From: Alphaproteobacteria bacterium MarineAlpha5_Bin5
Lineage (GTDB): Bacteria; Pseudomonadota; Alphaproteobacteria; HIMB59; GCA-002718135
Length of the DNA: 64,000 nt
Assembly: GCA_002938205.1 (NCBI GenBank)
Contig: PTKZ01000008.1
Location: forward strand, 1,081 to 65,080
Direction: 5' to 3'
Below are positions 62,161 through 64,000 of the stretch, piece by piece. Numbering within the stretch: the first letter of the stretch is position 1; each line of letters starts with the position of its first letter. The notes beneath the pieces were generated by a model. The model searched no databases and was not told the DNA's origin. It was given only the letters and a program-made list of their open reading frames with translations. A program made the translations under genes and the position numbers.

Positions 62161-63919
62161 TAATTTTCTCGAAGATTTCAAAAAATCATTAAGTGTTACA
62201 ATAAAATCAATTAGTAATAACAAAAAGGTTGAGGTTAATTTTGTAAAAGAAAATCCTTCAATTGAAGGTAATTTTATAAATGTCACTGAACCAAATATTA
62301 CAAGTATTAAGAAAAATTTAGCTTATTTAAGAGCAGAAGCTGATGTAATGGCTCTTGAATTCCGTTTACACTCAAAGGAAATACATCAAGGCTTTATCGC
62401 AAAAAATAAATTTTCTAATGAAATTTTTAATTCAGTTGAACAGTCGAGAATAGAAGCTCAAGGAGCAAAAATATTTAAGGGTATTAAATCTAATATTACA
62501 AAAAAACATTTAATAGACTTAGAAAAAAATAAAAAAAATAATAAAAAAATAAATATAAGTGAGGCATTTAAATATGTAACTTATGAAAAACTTTTAAATA
62601 TAGATTTAGGTAAATTAAATAATGATTATAGAAAAATTATAAAAGATAAATTGGGCAATAATTATGATTTTTTTTTTAAAGATCTAAAAAAATATATTAA
62701 TAATCAAGAAAAATTTGCCCTGAAAATGATGGATGTGCTTAACGATTTGGGATTACTAGAGAATAACAATAACAAAAAGTCTAAAGAAGATTTGAATGAA
62801 GATACTGATGCTCAAGATAATAATAACAATCAAGATAATAAAAAAAATGATAAAGAAATCAAAAGTGATATTGAAATAGATAGCACTTCAACAGATACAC
62901 AACAAGCAATATCAGTAGAAGAAAATGACCAAATAGGCGAGGATGATACTGAAAGTGAAATAAATTATTTGCCTAATATTGATAAGATAGAAAAAATAGG
63001 AAATTATAAAATATTTATAAAAGATTTTGATGAAATTATAAATGCAGAAGAATTATGTGAACATAAAGAATTAGAAAAACTGCGTAATAACCTAGATCAG
63101 CAAGTTTTTGCTTTTCAACCATTAATAGCTAAAATTGCAAATAGATTACAACGTAAGCTTTTGGCTCAACAAAATAGATATTGGGAATTTAATATGGAAG
63201 AAGGTTTTTTAGATACTTCTAGGCTTTCAAGAATTGTCGCTAATCCAAATAATAAACTGACATATAAAAAAGAAAAGGATGTAAAATTTAAAGATACTAT
63301 TGTATCGTTATTAATTGATAATTCAGGTTCTATGCGCGGTAGACCAATTACTGTAGCAGCTTTGTGTTCTGATATTCTTGCAAAAACATTAGAAAGATGT
63401 CTAATAAAAACAGAAATATTAGGCTTCACAACCAAAGCTTGGAAGGGAGGAGAATCAAGAGAAAGATGGATAAAAGAAGGAAAGCCTTCAAACCCGGGAA
63501 GATTAAATGATTTACGTCATATTATTTACAAGTCAGGTGATGCAGCATGGAGACGCTCAAAAAAAAATCTAGGACTATTATTGCGCGAAGGAATTTTAAA
63601 AGAGAATGTTGATGGAGAAGCATTGTTATGGGCTTATAATAGACTTAAATTTAGACAAGAGAAAAGAAAAATATTAATTGTTATTAGTGATGGTGCTCCA
63701 GTTGATGATTCAACTTTATCTGTTAATCCAGGAAATTATTTAGAAAAAAATTTAAGAGAAATTATAAATCAAATTGAAAATAAAAATGAAGTTGAATTAA
63801 TGGCAATTGGAATTGGGCATGATGTTTCACGTTATTATTCAAAGGCTGTAACTATTATGGATGTGGATCAGTTAGGTGAAGTTCTTCTTAAAGAATTATC
63901 AGATATTTTTTCTAATTAA
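62147..63919 (+). CDS. cobT: CobT-like protein with a C-terminal von Willebrand factor A domain
   Basis: 590 aa. N-terminal CobT-type domain ([15 protein letters not shown]), a central Asn/Asp/Lys low-complexity linker, and a C-terminal VWA with MIDAS DNSGSM...SDG. Overlaps cobS by 14 nt. Confidence 0.85.
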   Translation: MLKNDNFLEDFKKSLSVTIKSISNNKKVEVNFVKENPSIEGNFINVTEPNITSIKKNLAYLRAEADVMALEFRLHSKEIHQGFIAKNKFSNEIFNSVEQSRIEAQGAKIFKGIKSNITKKHLIDLEKNKKNNKKINISEAFKYVTYEKLLNIDLGKLNNDYRKIIKDKLGNNYDFFFKDLKKYINNQEKFALKMMDVLNDLGLLENNNNKKSKEDLNEDTDAQDNNNNQDNKKNDKEIKSDIEIDSTSTDTQQAISVEENDQIGEDDTESEINYLPNIDKIEKIGNYKIFIKDFDEIINAEELCEHKELEKLRNNLDQQVFAFQPLIAKIANRLQRKLLAQQNRYWEFNMEEGFLDTSRLSRIVANPNNKLTYKKEKDVKFKDTIVSLLIDNSGSMRGRPITVAALCSDILAKTLERCLIKTEILGFTTKAWKGGESRERWIKEGKPSNPGRLNDLRHIIYKSGDAAWRRSKKNLGLLLREGILKENVDGEALLWAYNRLKFRQEKRKILIVISDGAPVDDSTLSVNPGNYLEKNLREIINQIENKNEVELMAIGIGHDVSRYYSKAVTIMDVDQLGEVLLKELSDIFSN

Positions 63920-64000
63920 TATTTTTTATTTAAACCAATTTTTTTCTTCATCTTCCAACTTATCATATTTTATAGCTTCTCTTATTTTTTTCATAAGATG

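Noticed and set aside
61183-63919. CobS/CobT taken at face value as evidence for cobalamin biosynthesis
   Set aside because: There is no cobN or any other cob/cbi gene in the window, and this pair is, as far as I recall, conserved in non-B12-producing alphaproteobacteria. I keep the family names but not the pathway inference.
63926-64000. Minus-strand frame open to the right window edge (...HLMKKIREAIKYDKLEDEEKNWFK, stop at 63928-63926)
   Set aside because: Only 25 codons are visible and they carry no motif. This may be the 3' end of a convergent gene lying 6 nt from cobT, but that cannot be supported from this window alone.

Overview
This is a very AT-rich, extremely gene-dense bacterial chromosome segment; I did not compute the exact GC. 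Gene content and synteny point to a streamlined alphaproteobacterium, most consistent with SAR11/Pelagibacterales. The supporting blocks are mraZ-rsmH-ftsL-ftsI-murE, yqeY-dnaG-rpoD divergent from carAB-greA, rodZ-ispG-hisS-prfA-prmC, and bolA / J-domain / cobS / cobT. I support about 63 protein genes, two tRNAs and an RNase P RNA.

Four of the genes are absent from the ORF track:
- murE, which is open at the window edge.
- rpmJ, 41 aa.
- Two stop/start-coupled micro-ORFs of 58 aa and 42 aa.

I saw no transposases, integrases, phage genes, CRISPR arrays, restriction-modification or toxin-antitoxin modules. Most of the window is core housekeeping.

The items most worth a second look:
1. A carbohydrate cluster at 12.0-21.9 kb with no regulator, kinase or ATPase. 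It combines two Gfo/Idh/MocA dehydrogenases, a TIM-barrel isomerase-like enzyme, an aldo/keto reductase, class I aldolase, an ABC importer and a GH4 glycosidase. This enzyme set resembles redox-assisted (3-keto) glycoside or anhydrosugar cleavage.
2. A five-box, 10-bp-phased ATGGG array abutting the mraZ start, a candidate MraZ operator, with rnpB only about 50 nt upstream.
3. An 83-residue, roughly half-lysine N-terminal tail on RpoD.
4. The bolA / J-domain / CobS-like AAA+ / CobT-like VWA module.
5. A tRNA-Val whose anticodon loop reads C rather than U at position 33.
6. Systematic sharing of stop codons (TTAA) by convergent genes.
7. An uncharacterised secreted 609-aa protein plus a 42-aa membrane micro-ORF coupled to accA.

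I cannot demonstrate a clear-cut new defence or mobile system here. All functional calls rest on motif and family recognition by eye and need HMM or BLAST confirmation.
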